Part shown: piece by piece, positions 28,182-42,255 of the stretch
Position numbering within the stretch: position 1 is the first letter of the stretch
How the letters are laid out: every line of letters starts with the position of its first letter
DNA from: the human T2T-CHM13v2.0 reference genome, Homo sapiens
NCBI RefSeq assembly: GCF_009914755.1
Contig: NC_060935.1
Direction: 5' to 3' (one strand)
Length of the DNA stretch: 64,000 nucleotides
Program-made: the position numbers and the translations under genes
Notes under the pieces: model-generated
Database searches by the model: none
What the model was told of the DNA's origin: nothing
What the model saw: the letters and a program-made list of their open reading frames with translations, nothing else

Positions 28182-28815
28182 GGGGATTCAATTAAGGATC
28201 AATTCCAGAATCCCTAACAGAGTAGTCTACCCTCAGCCCCACTCAGGCCTGGGTCACCTCCCATCTTGCACACATCTTGTAGGGGCAGCCTCCTACCACC
28301 GCTCCTGCATTGCCTCTTCCCACTTCGGTGCCTAGCTCAGAGCCAGGGACATGAAAGGTTAAACTGAAAAGTAAAACTGATTTGCCCAGGCTCACATCTC
28401 CTGGACTAATTCCTTGGCTATATCGGGTACTTCTAAGCAGTCCTGACCCTGACCTTTCTCCTGCATTGGCCATCCCCTGACCACTGGGAGCTTAGACAGC
28501 CCCTGTTCATCCAATCAACTTCTATCCCCCCACCTCTGACCCATTTCTAGTACAAGAGATCCTGACCCTCTGTAGTCTGCAGCTTGCTCCTTTAAGTCCT
28601 ACTTCTAAAAAAGAAGCAGCAGAACTGATCCAGAGATCAACAAGAACCACAACAACTGTCAACAGAGTGAACTCTTTGCCTCCTGCTTTTATGAGCCCAG
28701 CCCTACCTGCACTGCCCCTCCTTCTGGTTCTCACCAAATCTGAAATGAGAACCTGTTCAGCTTAAAAAATGCCACTCCTTACCCTTAGGCCCAATGTCAG
28801 AGACTTCTTCCTTGA

Positions 28816-29208
<393 letters not shown>

Positions 29209-29393
29209 CACTGTAATTTTATGGGGACCAAACTTCTGGACATGTGGAGACGGGAAGGAAAAGGATCTGAAAATAAGATAAAAAACATAAATTAATTATT
29301 CAGTAAGAGGGAATAGAAGAAGACAGGCCTGGAATAATCTAGTCTCACCACCTGGCTGTCTTGACCAGCAGTTATTCTAGTAAACCTACTGCC

Positions 29394-31388
29394 ATGAGCA
29401 AAGAGAAGGCCTTTATCAATATCATCATCATTGGCCATGTGGACTCTGGCAAGTCCACCACCACTGGGCCTCTCACAAATGTGAGGGCATTGACAAGAGA
29501 ATCATTGAGAAGTTTGAAAAGGAGCCGGCAGAGGTAAGGCTCCCTCTGTGTCTGGAAGTGTGTGGAGGGGAAGCCTCTTTCTTGTGGGTAGTTCTAGCTA
29601 CAGAGTACAGAAAACCATGCACTCTGCAAGCCTAAAATGCTGCTGTTTGAGGTAGATTTATCTGCTGTCCATCAGTGCATTTATTCTCCCACCCCTTCCC
29701 AGGTGGGCGAGGGCTCCTTCAAGTATGCCTGGGTGTTGGACAAGCTGAGGGCAGAAAGAGAACGCAGGATCACCATTGATATCTCCCTGTGGAAGTTCAA
29801 GACTAGCACATACTACAGCATTATCATCGATGCTCCAGGCCACAGAGACTTCATCATGACCATGATCAGGGGCACTTCCCAGGTAAAGCAGTCCATGCCT
29901 TCAGAAACATTCCTATAGAGGGGGAAACTCAAGATTTATTTCTGAAGCTTGGAGAAGGAAGGTATCATAAGGCTTGTAAGCCTTTTCCTCACCTATGGCC
30001 ATCATCCATCAATCCTGAAAGAATTAGGGAGGACAGGACTGAAAGTCCCATCACTCTCATGAAGCTCAGATCCTGTTGTCCTGGGGGGGCCTAGAGGGAC
30101 CAGGTTTTCTTACACTCAGACTAGTAGATCAGTTGGTCCAGAAAGAAGGGACTAAAAGCTGATTTAGATGAGATTAAATGAGAGGAACTGGGAAGCAGGA
30201 CCCCCATGCACCGCATCTAGGGTGGTCCATGAATCCCATTTGGCCATCTGAGTTCTGGAGGGCGTTCCCCAGCTTTACAATGGGATTCGGAACCTCCCAA
30301 AGTCAGTCCGATGCCCCCTCCCGCAACCCGGTGTGTTTGTGTATCCCCGCGGTGCAGGCCGACTGCGCGGTGCTCTTCGTGGCAGGCGGCTGGGCGGAGG
30401 CCGGCATCTTCAAGAACCCGCAGACCCACGAGCTCGCGCTGCTGGCCAACTGGCGGGACGTCACGCAGCTCATCGTGATCTTCAACGAAATTGACTCCAC
30501 CGAGCCCGCCTACAGCGGCTCGCGCCTCCAGGTGATCACCAAGGAAGTAAGCGCCTGCATCAAGAAGATCGGCTACAACTGGCTGCCTGGCCTTCAGTCC
30601 ATCTCGAGCTGGCACGGCGACAGCATGCTGGAGCCCAGCACTGACGCGAGTGTGGCGCGGGTCGGCAGGGACAGCCGGGGTGGAGGCGAGCGGACCACAC
30701 CCCGGACTCACCTCCCCTCGACATCCCGAAGATGCCCTGGTTCAAGTGCTGGAAGGTAGAGTGGAAGGAGGGGAACGCCATGGGGGTGACTCTGCTGGAA
30801 GCTTTGAACTCCATCCTCCCAACAACGCGCAGGGTCGACAATCCCCTGAGGCTGCCCCTGCAAGATGTGTACAAGATGGGAGGTGACCCAGGCCTGAGTG
30901 GAGCTGAGGGTAGACTACTCTGTTAGGGATTCTGGAGTTGATCCTTAATTGAATCCCCGAGGGAGTCCACAGGTGTATGATTGCCAGGGTTCAAATCCTG
31001 ACTCCACCTCTTCCCTGAGCAAGGATAAAGTGGAAAAGCACCTAGCATTTCCAAGCTATCCACTACACAGTTTTAAACAGTCAGAGATCCATCTAGTGCT
31101 TTCTACCAATTCCACAGGTGGTCCTTTGTCCTTGAACTCAAAAGCCAAGGGGCCTCCCAGGAAGCCAGTTCTCACTGGGTGTGTCTGGGACTGACTTCCC
31201 TTCCTGGGTTGAACAGGCATTGGCAGTGTGCCAGTGGGCCGTGTGGAGGGTGGCTTTTTCAAATTCGGGATAGTGGTCACATTTGCCCCCAGCAATGTCA
31301 CCACTAAGGTTAAATCTGTGGAGATGCACCATGAGGTCCTGGCGGAAGCCCTGTGGTTAACAATGTAGGATTCCATGTGAAGAATGCA
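29394..31388 (+). pseudogene. EEF1A1P49: Unprocessed (intron-containing) eEF1A pseudogene, coding exons 29394-29533, 29703-29882, 30358-30645, 30732-30882, 31217-~31388 (truncated)
   Basis: [25 protein letters not shown]; KYAWVLDKL; DAPGHRDF; MPWFK; [10 protein letters not shown]; VPVGRVE; VKSVEMHHE. Splice sites at the EEF1A1 intron positions (140[=144-4], 180, 288, 151 nt exons). 4-nt deletion frameshift in the first coding exon, NKMD->NEID, frameshift ~31355. Symbol is recalled for this interval and unverified. Confidence 0.93.
30305..30840. promoter_or_regulatory. CpG island over the eEF1A relic third/fourth coding exons
   Basis: Dense CpG (cgcgg, ggcgg, tcgcgc, acgcg) and high GC against a CpG-depleted background. 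Confidence 0.8.
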
Positions 31389-32411
31389 ACCACTGCTTGG
31401 CTCTGCCCTGGGAACTGTGGATGCAAATATGAGTGACACAGCGCCTGTCTTTGAGGGGGCTCCCACTCTGGTAGGGGAAACAGATGACTACAAAGGAGCT
31501 ATTTCCGTGTAATGAACGAGGGCTGCAAAGGGGGCACACTGGGGAGATTCCCATGTGTATGGGGAGGTGAGGACACCTTCAGAGAGGAGAAGCTGTATCT
31601 GGTCTTCAAGATGAGACAGCACCTCAGGGCCCACATGGGAGGAGGTGCTTGCCAGGCAGAAGAATCGGAGGTGGAGTCCTGCGCTCTTTTTGCCTGGAGG
31701 GCAGGAAATGGTGGGAGAAAGTATTGGCTAAAGAGGTGAGGGGAAAAGGGAGGATCATAATGCATGAACTCCTCAGGTTTAATTTTCCTACACTGTAAAT
31801 CTAATTATATAATCCCTTTGCTTAAATTTTCTGATTACTCTTTTTATTTATTTATTCATTTATTTGGAGATAGGGTCTCGCTTTGTTGCCAAAATGCAGT
31901 GGCATGATCATAGCTCACTGTAGCCTTGGCCTCCCAAATCGCTAGGATTATAGGCATGAGCCACCTCTCCAGGCCTCTTGATTACTAGTACTGCCCACAG
32001 GGGTAAATTGTAATCTCTTGGCTGTATGGTAAGGAGCTCAGTGGCAACTGAGACTGGAGGCAGGGATCCCTTTAGGGGCCCATGCAGGAGTCCTGGAGGG
32101 AGGTGATGGAGCCTGAGCCAGGCAGAACAGTTGAGTGCATTGGACATATTTAGAAAGGGCGATGGGAAGAGAGGGAGGCAAGGCCACGGTGCTAACTAGA
32201 GCACATAGCCATGAGGATGGGGAACACTCCTCTGTCAAGATATTCTCCCTTCTCCCAAAGCCAGGCTTGAGCCCCTCCCTGCAGCTCCCAGAAGACTTCG
32301 TTGTTCAAATCTAGGTTCCTTCCTTATTCTGCAGCCTATCTGCATGGTAGAAATTAGCTGGTCACTGTCCTCTCTGGGACTAAAATTCCCCAGTTTTACC
32401 ATGACATTATA

Positions 32412-32728
32412 CAGTAATCCCCATTTATCTGAGATTTTGTTTTCTCTGATTTCAGTTACCTGCAGCATAATACAATAGGATATTTTGAAAGAGACAGAAC
32501 ATATTTATATAACTTTTATTATAGCATATTGTTTAAATTGTTCTATTTTGTTAATTGTTGTTATTAATATTACTGTACCTAATTTATAAATTAAACTCTA
32601 TCATAGGTACATATGTAGAGAACAATACAGTACATATAATGCATAGGGTTGGTAACTGTGCCATCCAAGGTTTCAGACATCCACTGGAGGTCTTGGACAT
32701 ATCCCCCACGTATAAGGGGGAACTACTG
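32412..32728. mobile_element. Tigger4/MER46-like DNA transposon
   Basis: TIRs cagtaatccccatttatc...gtataagggggaactactg. Confidence 0.7.
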
Positions 32729-35700
32729 GAATACCATGCAGAGTTTCAGCCCCTGAAACAGCAGAAAGGCAAATTAAATACAGTATATAAGACAAGTTCA
32801 CTTTCAAGTCAGATAGACCTAGGTCTAAATCTTGCTTTCTCTACTTACTAACTGTGTGAACTTAGTAACTCTGAACTTCCTCTGCAAACTAGGAATGAAA
32901 CTGACTTCCTGCTTAGCATAAGAATTAGATGAGGTCATGCAGGCACGGGGCTTAGCACATGGTAATGATCAATAACTGGTATCTACTATTGTAGATACTA
33001 CTATTTTCTCTACTGTCTTGTATTGCTGGATTGCACTCACTGGGACGTAAAGTACTCACACATAGACAAAATGATTTGCTCAAGGTTATAGAATAAGTTA
33101 ATGAAGAAATAATATGATACCTCTCAGTACATAGGTTTCCAGCCTTCTGAGCCAGGCTGTCTCCTCATTAAGAATTATTATTATACTTATTCTATTTAAG
33201 TTATAGTATGTAGTATCTCTGTGGTGTTGGCTGACTCAGAACTGAAGGAATAATCAGAATTAGAGGTTTCCTGACATTGAAATAAGCTAAAGGGTAACTG
33301 TTCCCGATAGAATGACATTCTCTGTCTAGTGCAATTGGCTGTTGCTAGGGAAATATCCCCATTATTTACAAATTTGAAGGGTCAATTCTTTATCATTTTA
33401 TTAGAAATAATATTCACAATTCATAAATGTAAAGTCATCAGAGTTTCTGGAATGGGATGGTTAAGAGTTAGAAATGAATCTATAGTGACTGTAATGCAGG
33501 CTTCAGATGGTTACGATGAAATAAAATCATTTGGAATGAAAAGCACAATGCACTGAGGAGTCACCGAGATAAAACAAGTTACATGATTAAGATGTGCTCA
33601 TTGGGAAACTGCATAAATACAAGAAAAGGTCATTTTCCAGTGAAAACCAAGGAGGGAGGGTTAATTCCTAAATGACTAGATGATGTAGCCACTATTGGCA
33701 TAGGGACTAAACACACCTATTAATTAATTTATCGATCTGGAGAACTACTAACCAAAGCCCTTTGTCAGTTATAGTTAGTGAGCAGCAGTGTAGCTACTGG
33801 ATTCCTCGCATTATCCAAGTTTCTAGACACAGAGAACCCATTGCAGACATAGATTGAGTCTGCATAATAGCACCAGTGTATTTTAGAAATAGCAAAACAT
33901 AACAAAGTGAAGATGGTGATGGGGAATTTTAAAGGTGAAGTTTTAACACAATATTAAGAAGAGCCACAGCCCTTTGTTAGGACAAGCACAAAAATTTGTT
34001 TTTGTTAAGCTATGCAAATAGAACTAATTTACACAAAGTGATGAAATTACTGCATGGTACACATGACTTTTGTGTCCTTGGTAGGGATAAAATCTTTCCA
34101 TTTGGGGAAAGTTTGGATTCTGGTTGTCTCCTGGGAGGGAAGTGATGGAGGTGGATATGTGGAGGGCCTTTTCTCTGATTCCTCTACTAACCAGGTGTCA
34201 CCTATCCAATTTGGAAAATAGAATGTTTACAGTTAAAGAATTATTTGACTTAGTTTGCTCCAGTTTCAAGTGTGGGAACATGCAGGGACAGGCAATTTTC
34301 CCAGAATCTGCTGCCTGAATAAGGAGATACTCAGTTTGCAGACCTGCAGAAATAAGAAATCAAGTCCTAAGTAGGAAGGAGATGTTTCCTTGCAACAAAT
34401 ACTTATGAAGCATCTTTCATGTGGCAGTCTTGGAGCACAAAAACAGACCATAATATCTGCCCTCCCTGAGTAAATAGCCTATGGGGGAAAATAAGGGCAG
34501 ATTCACCCGCACCGCACCTCAGAAGCTAGTCATAGCATTGGAGGAGACAAAGGACTTAATAATTTGGTGATTTTATAGTAATGATTTTCTGCTCAAATAA
34601 CTCTTGCTTGGGGAATGGAGGCAGAGAGAGCCTTTTCGTTTATGTTCCACAGCTTGACAACCTTCAGGAGCCATGGCAGTGTGGGGAGTTCTGGTAAAGC
34701 CCTTTTAGAATGGAAAGCTTTTCTTCTGAGCCATCCAAGTATCATTCATCAGCAAATATTTCCTGAGCACTTTCTCTGTGTTACTGAATCTCCACCCCAA
34801 TGCTATAGACGGGCATTTTCCCCTGAGCTCCATTTTGCAGATGGGTTGGAGAAGTAAAATGTAGGCAATGGAGGTGGAATTTTAATTTTAAATTTTAAAG
34901 CAAGAAATTTAACAAGATGTGTTTTTTTCTAAACCCCTTCTAAAGACAACATTCTTACTCCAGCCTAGACATGCTGCCTCTTTAGAAGTCCCCTAGGCAT
35001 CATTCTAGTAAAGCATCTTCATCTTAGATGTGGAAACTGAGACCCAGGCAAGTCAGATTATGTCTGATTTGAGTCCAAAAATATTTATATGCCAAGAACA
35101 ATGCCAAAAGAATCCCTGCCAAGCCAGCTGGGTTGCACACTCACACCCACATACAGTAGGCTATTATAACCCAGAGGTCTGCACACACGTGGTGAGAGCA
35201 CAGGCCCACAACAGATCCTAAAGATTGATTTGACCAAGTGCCCTCTACTAAGCAGTCATCCAATGAAGGAAGCCCCCAGTAATATTTACATAATCATTTT
35301 TCTCCTCTAATGCTTTGGAGGCAACATCTTTTCTGCCAGGACTGCAGAGTTAATTTTAAGGGTCCTAATCTCCACTCACTTTGGATCACGAGCCAGATAG
35401 GGATATAAATCTAAAAATAATTGGATTCTGAACCTCAGCCCAGAGCCAGGACAAGGCAGCAGATGGAGACTGAGAGTGTAAAGGCTGCCCCTCTCTCAAT
35501 GCCAGGGTTTGTTCAAGGAAGTGTCTGAAGGAAGAACCAGGACTCCTTTCCTCTGGTTTGAAGAGAAGGAGAATAAAGAAGCAGGATGAGGAGGTGGTGA
35601 GGATGATAAAGGCACAGTTAAAGTTGAATGTCCCAGGGCTTTTTTTGGGTGAGGGAGGAGTCTGATAAGTCAGTGGAGAATGTCATCAAAGAACTTTCTA

Positions 35701-35739
35701 TTCATTAATTCATTCATGGAGCAATGGGAAAAATATACG

Positions 35740-36467
35740 CAGATGTTCCTTGACTAACCATGGTGTTACATCCCAATAAACCTATTGTAAGTTGAAATAT
35801 CATAAGTGGAAAGTGCATTTAATATACTTAACTTATCTAACTTCATAGCTTACCTAGTCTGCCTCAAACATGCCCAGGACACTTACATTAGCCTATAGAT
35901 GGGCAAAATCATGTAACACTGATATGGTTTGGCTGTGTCCCAACTCAAGTTTTATCTTGAATTGTAGTTCCCATAATCCCCATGTGTAATGGGAGGGACC
36001 AGGTGGAGATAATTGAATCATGGGGGTGGTTTCCCCATCCTGTTCTCATGATAGTGTGTTAGTTCTCATGAGATCTGATGGTTTTATAGGGGCTTCCCCC
36101 TTCCCTGGGCACTCATTCTTCTCTTTTCTGCCACCTTGTGAATAAAGACATGTTTGCTCCCCTTCTGCCATGATTGTAAGTTTTCTGAGTACTCCGAAGC
36201 CCTGAGGAACTGTGAGTCAATTAAACCTCTTTCTTTTATAAATTATGCAGTCTTGGGTATGTCCTGATAGCAGCATGAGAATGGACTAATACAAACACAA
36301 AGCCTATTTTATAATAAAGTGTTGAATATTTCATGTGATTTATTGAATATTGTACTAGAAGTGAAAAACAGAATTGTTGTATGGGTACTTGAATTAGGTT
36401 TCTACTGAATGCATGGGACTTTTGGAACATCATAAAGTTGAGTCATCTTAAGTTGAGGACCATCTGT
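35740..36467 (+). mobile_element. MER47A-like Tigger element interrupted by a THE1 LTR
   Basis: cagatgttccttgactaacc...taagttgaggaccatctg TIRs. Confidence 0.75.
35920..36292 (+). mobile_element. THE1 solo LTR
   Basis: tgatatggtttggctgtgtcc...gaatggactaataca; TSD aacac. Confidence 0.9.
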
Positions 36468-38251
36468 ATTTCCAGTTTTAATTTTTTTAGTTGCAAAGTC
36501 TGTAATGTAGAGGAAATCATATTATAGATATATCCCATATTTGTAAGCACCCTTCCCTCCCTCATTTCTAGAAATCTGAGTTCAGGTTCTATCTCCTGTT
36601 TATTTTGTGTGACTTTGAATAAGCCATTGATACCGTAACTTTTAAGCTCTTCACCTGTAGGACTGATAACCACTCCTGCCTTGCTCCTGTACCAGTCTTT
36701 AGAACAATCAATAATGGGTTGGAAATAAAACCACAGACTCCGTGAGGAAACCACAGAGCAACTACACTCAAAGTGAGTAGAGGTTGGGAGCCCTAAATTT
36801 CACTCTGCAGTGATGGTGAATATAGATGTTACTTCCAGAGCACTGGAGGAGAAAAGAGATTATGTAAATATTACCAGGGACTAACTTTGTTGCATTGATG
36901 CTGAAAGATCATGACTGACTCATTGATTGCTGTTTCCAAGGTGCCATTCACAGTGCTTTGCAAAGAGTAGACCAATTCTATTGGTGAAGGATAGAATGAA
37001 ATGCTCAGATATCTATGGAGTGTTCATTTATTAGTATTTAAAACACCTTGTACATTTGAACTCACATTGTTAGCCTGTGAACACATACATGCTTTGTGAC
37101 TATCTTGTCAGACACAGAAAAAAATCAAAGGGTAAAACAGGAGATGCTTCTAACGTAAGTGCACACTCCCTCTTCCCTCCCCAGACACACATCTGTCCTA
37201 ATCCAGATGTTAATGATTCAGAGTTGACTACATCAATCAGGTGAGCAACTAAAATATTATCCTGAGAAATGTCAGATTCTATTGCATTGTCTTTGCAATT
37301 TAACTGTTATTTACCATTTATGAATAACATATACACTTGCAAATTATTTCACAATCATTTTTATAGCTGCTCTGTGAGAGATAATTAAAGCAAAACCACT
37401 TTAAATGAAGCTGCTCAAAGGGACAAAGTTGTTGTGCCAATAATGTGCTATATAAATGCAAATTATCAGGATTCATATTATAGTGAAAACTGCTGGTATC
37501 ATTTTTCATGAGACCAACATGTAAATATTATAATACTCCTCTGATTTATAGAGCACTTTTCTTCCTAAAAGATAAACATGCCTAGCCATGTATTATTTAA
37601 CAGATATTTCCAACTCTGAGGGATGAGTAAAACCATTCATTCACTAATCCTTTCACTAAGATACTACAACAATGCACAACTTAAAATAGGTACTCAATGT
37701 TTGACAGCTGAATGAATGAGGTGGCATTTAACACAGCACATACACATCAGTAGCCTTCGTGCAGAGAATGAGGGGTGTGGTGGAGCAGGGTATGGTCAAT
37801 AGAAATGGTCGAAACATTTAGGGAAGTACTGAGGAATTCAAAAGACTCAACCAAAGTAGAAGGGAAAGAATGGAAGCAACAAGGGATAAGGTTGGACAGG
37901 TGAACTGAGGCTATCATCAGTATGTGGAAGACATCTAGTTTTCTACCTCTCAGAAAATAAAACTGTGAAAAAGAAGAAATGATGGGAAAATTTACTTGTA
38001 ATTGGTGAGGTTAATGTTCTGGAGAAATAACCCCAACGGAGCCATAATCTGTACATTTTAAGTGCCTGAGAAGCCAATAAAAATGTAATCTCAAGAGAGC
38101 TGTGTCTTCATTAGCATGGATAAAGCAGCAGCCTCATCAGTGGTATCAGCAGAGCAATCCACACTTTGTATTTCACAGGAACCCTGGTTCATAGAAAGAA
38201 AAGTCAGAGTTCACCACATGGATTTGACTGGGGAATGCTTTTTTAGAGTCA

Positions 38252-38536
<285 letters not shown>

Positions 38537-38944
38537 CTACCAACCCTTAGAAGAATTAGATAATGGTCATATTTCTTGTAAAAAAAAAATCACATCCTGT
38601 TTATCTTTGGCACTAATCACAAGTGATGCCCCCAAACCTTCTCAAATCCCCAGATTTCTGAATACCACCTACAGCATATCAACTTCTGTGTAAATTGTAC
38701 TGGGAATATAACTGAGATGTTTAAATGATTGCATTAGCCATTGTTGATTCTATAAACATGGGAATAATCTTTTCATTAAATTTACTGATGTCATTTTTTC
38801 ATATCATTAAAACACAAAATTGTCCTCTGCCTGCGACCACTGGAAACAAGTAGGCTATATCTGGGCAGATCTGTGAGGCCCACACACCATGTAGCCATCT
38901 TGGGCCTGGACTGGGAAAATAAATGGCTCATGCTTCTGATTAAT

Positions 38945-41342
38945 TGATATGGTTTAAACTTGTGCTCCTGCCCAAATCTCATGTCTAATTGTAATCCCCA
39001 ATGTTGGAGGAGGAGCCTGGTGAGAGGTGATTGGATCATGGGGGCAGACTTCCCCTTTGCTGCACTCATGATAGTGAGTGTGTTCCCGTGATAGTGCATG
39101 AGTTCTCATGAGATCTTGTTCTTTAAAAGTGTATGACACACACCCCCCCAACTCTCTTTCCTTCTGCTCTGGCCATGTAAGATGTGTCTACTTCCTCTTT
39201 GCTTTCCACCATGACTGTAAGTTTCCTGAGACCTCCTCAGCCATGGTTCCTGTATAGCCTGTGGAACTGTAAGCCAATTAAACCTGCTTTCTTTATAAAT
39301 TACCCAGTCTCAGGTAGTTCTTTATAGCAATGTGAGAATGGACTAATACAGAAAATTAGTACCTAGGAGTGGGGCACTGCTGTAAAGATACCTGAAAATG
39401 TGGAAGCAACTTTGGAACTGAGTAAGAGGTAGAAGTTGGAACAGTTTGGAAAGCTCAGAAGACAGGAAGATGAGGGAAAGTTTGGAACTTTCTAGAGACT
39501 TGTTAAATTGTTGTGACCAAAATGCTGATAGTGACATGGACAATGAAGTCCAGGCTGAGGTGGTCTCAGATGGAGATGAGGAACTTATTGGGAAATGAAA
39601 TAAAGGTCACTCTTACTATGCTTTAGCAAAGTGACTGGCAGCATTATGTCCCTGCCCTAGAGATCTGTGGAACGCTAAACTTGACAGAGATTAGGCTATC
39701 TAGCAGAAAAAGTTTCTAAGCAGCAAAGCATTGAAGACATGGCTTGGCGGCTTCTAACAGCATATGCTCATATGGATGAGCAAAGATATTATCTACAACT
39801 GGAACTTACATTTAAAAGGGAAGCAGAGCAAAAAAGTTTGGAAAATTTGTAGCCTGATAATGTGGTAAAAAAGTAAAACCCATTTTCTTGGAAAGAATTA
39901 AAGTCAGCTGCAGAAATTTACTGCATAAGTAAAGAGGAGCCAAATGTTAATAGCCAAGACAATGGGAAAAATGCCTCAAAGGCATTTCAGAGACCTTCAT
40001 GGCATCCCCTCCCATACAGGCCCAGAGGCCTAGGAGGGAAAAATGCTTTCATATGTCAGGCCCAGGGTCCTGCTGCCCTGTGCAACCTTGGGACACTGAT
40101 CCCTGCATCCCAGCCACCCTAGCTCCAGTTATGGCTAAAAGGGCCCCAGATATGTCACAGGCTGCTGCTCCAGAGGGTACAAGCCTTAAGCCTTGGCAGC
40201 TTCCACATGGTAATAAGCATGTATGTGCACAGAAGGCAAGAGTTGAGGTTTGGGAGCCTCTGCATAGATTTCAGAGGCAGTACAGAAATGCCTGGATGTC
40301 CAGGAAGAAGTCTGCTGCAGGGATGGAGCCCTCATGAAGAACCTCTACCAGGGCAATGCAGAGGGGAAACACAGAGTCCCCACTGGGGCACTGCCTAGTG
40401 GAGCTGTGAGAAGATTGCCACCATCCTCCAGACCCCAGAATGGTAGATCCACCAACAGCTTGCACCATGTACCTGGAAAAGCCACGGCACTCAACATTTG
40501 CCCATGAAAGCAGCTGAGGGGGCATTGTACCCTGCATAGCCACAAGGGCGGAGATGCCTAGGGCCTTGGGAGCCCACCTTTTGCATCAGTGTGGCCTGGA
40601 TGTGAGACATGGAGTCAAAGGAGATTATTTTGGAGCTTTAAGATTTAATGACTGCCCTGCTGGGTTTTGAACTTGCATGGGGCCTGTAGCCCCTTTGTTT
40701 TGGCTGATTTCTCCTTTTGGGAATTGGGCATTTACCCAATGCCTGTACCCCCATTATATCTTGCAAGTAACTAAATTATTTTTTATTTCACAGGCTCATA
40801 GGCAGCAGGGACTTGACTTGTCTCAGATGAGACTTTGGACTGTGGACTTTTGAGTTAATGCTGAAATGAGTTAAGACTCGGGGAACTGTGGAAAAGTGAT
40901 GATTGTATTTTGCAATGAGAGAAGGACATAAAATTTTGGAGGTGCCAGGGGCAGAATGATATGATTTGCATTTGTGCGCTTGCCCAAATCTCATGTTGGA
41001 TTGTATACCCATTGTTGGAGGAGGGTCCTGATAGCAGGTGACTGGATCATGGGGATGGACTTCCCCCTTACTGTTCTCATGATAGTGAGTGAGTTTTCAT
41101 GAGACTTGGTTGTTTAAAAGTGTGTGGCACATCCCTCCTCTCTCTCTCTTTTCTTCTGCTCTTACTGTGTAAGGGTTGCCTACTTCCCCTTAGCCCTCTG
41201 CCATGATTGAAAGTTTCCTGAGGCCTCCCCAGCCATGCTTCCTGTGCAGCCTGCAGAGCTGTGAGTCAATTAAACCTTTTTTCTTTATAAATTACCCAGT
41301 CTCAGGTAGTTCTTTATAGCAGTGCAAAAATGGACTAATACA
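38945..41342 (+). mobile_element. Complete MST-type MaLR: LTR 38945-39350, internal 39351-40956, LTR 40957-41342
   Basis: Two homologous LTRs (tgatatg...ggactaataca) flanking typical MaLR internal sequence. Confidence 0.9.
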
Positions 41343-41959
41343 CCAATTTTGATGATGGACTTTGTAAAATTGCAAAGATCATTACTGCAGTTGCCACTTC
41401 TAAGATTTGGTTACTTGTAAAACAGCAACAATTATTAAGAGCATGTTGACTTTCCCCATGCCTGACATATTTGGGGGCACTTTTCATGTACTGCTTTATT
41501 TCGCCCTCACTATAGCCCTATGAGCTGGGCACTGTTGCAATCCCTCTTTCACAACTGTGGCTGCTGAGATACAGAAACCTCATTTGAATATTGCTTTCCT
41601 GATACAACGCAAATGCATTTCATTATCCCCAGGTCTTCATGGCATAAGTGGCATTTAACCTAGCCTCAGGAGAGAACATTGGATATTTTTAAATGTAAGA
41701 AATAGGCTGAGATCCTAAGCAAAGAGCTTTAAAAGATCCTCTGAACTTGAAATGAAGGTCACCAGGTCAACTGTTGAAACCTTAATAGTCCTTTCCCCTC
41801 CAATAATTTTATCAACTGGTGCCACAGGATAGATAAAATTACTGCAGCTTTCAAGTTCAAGGTAATAAAGGAGATGGGGAAGATGCCATGGTGATGGTGG
41901 GAGAAATACAGACTTTTCAATGAATAGGGAAGACTACAGAAATAGAAAAATAACATAAA

Positions 41960-42255
41960 GGGCTTGATGCCTGGAATCCCAGCACTTTGGGAGGCTGAGC
42001 CTGACGTGGGAGCATTGTTTGAAGCCAAGAGTTTGAGAGCAGCCTGAGAAACACAGTGAGACTCCACCTCTACCAAAAAAATTAAACAATTAGCTGGGCA
42101 TGATGGCACGTGCCTGTAGTACTGGCTACTCAGGAGGATGCAGTGAGATGATTGTCTGAGCCCAGGAGTTTGAGGCTGCAATGAGCTATGATCATGACAC
42201 TACACTCCAGCCTGGGTGACAGAGCGAGGCCCCGTCTCCAAAAATAAATAACATA
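41960..42255 (+). mobile_element. AluJ-like
   Basis: Diverged dimeric Alu; TSD aaataacataaagg. Confidence 0.88.

Noticed and set aside
30178-30926. 193-aa, 164-aa and other ORFs as independent genes
   Set aside because: Exon-plus-intron read-through or antisense frames of the eEF1A relic.
39999-40545. ORFs in MST internal region
   Set aside because: Degenerate MaLR internal sequence; fragmented.
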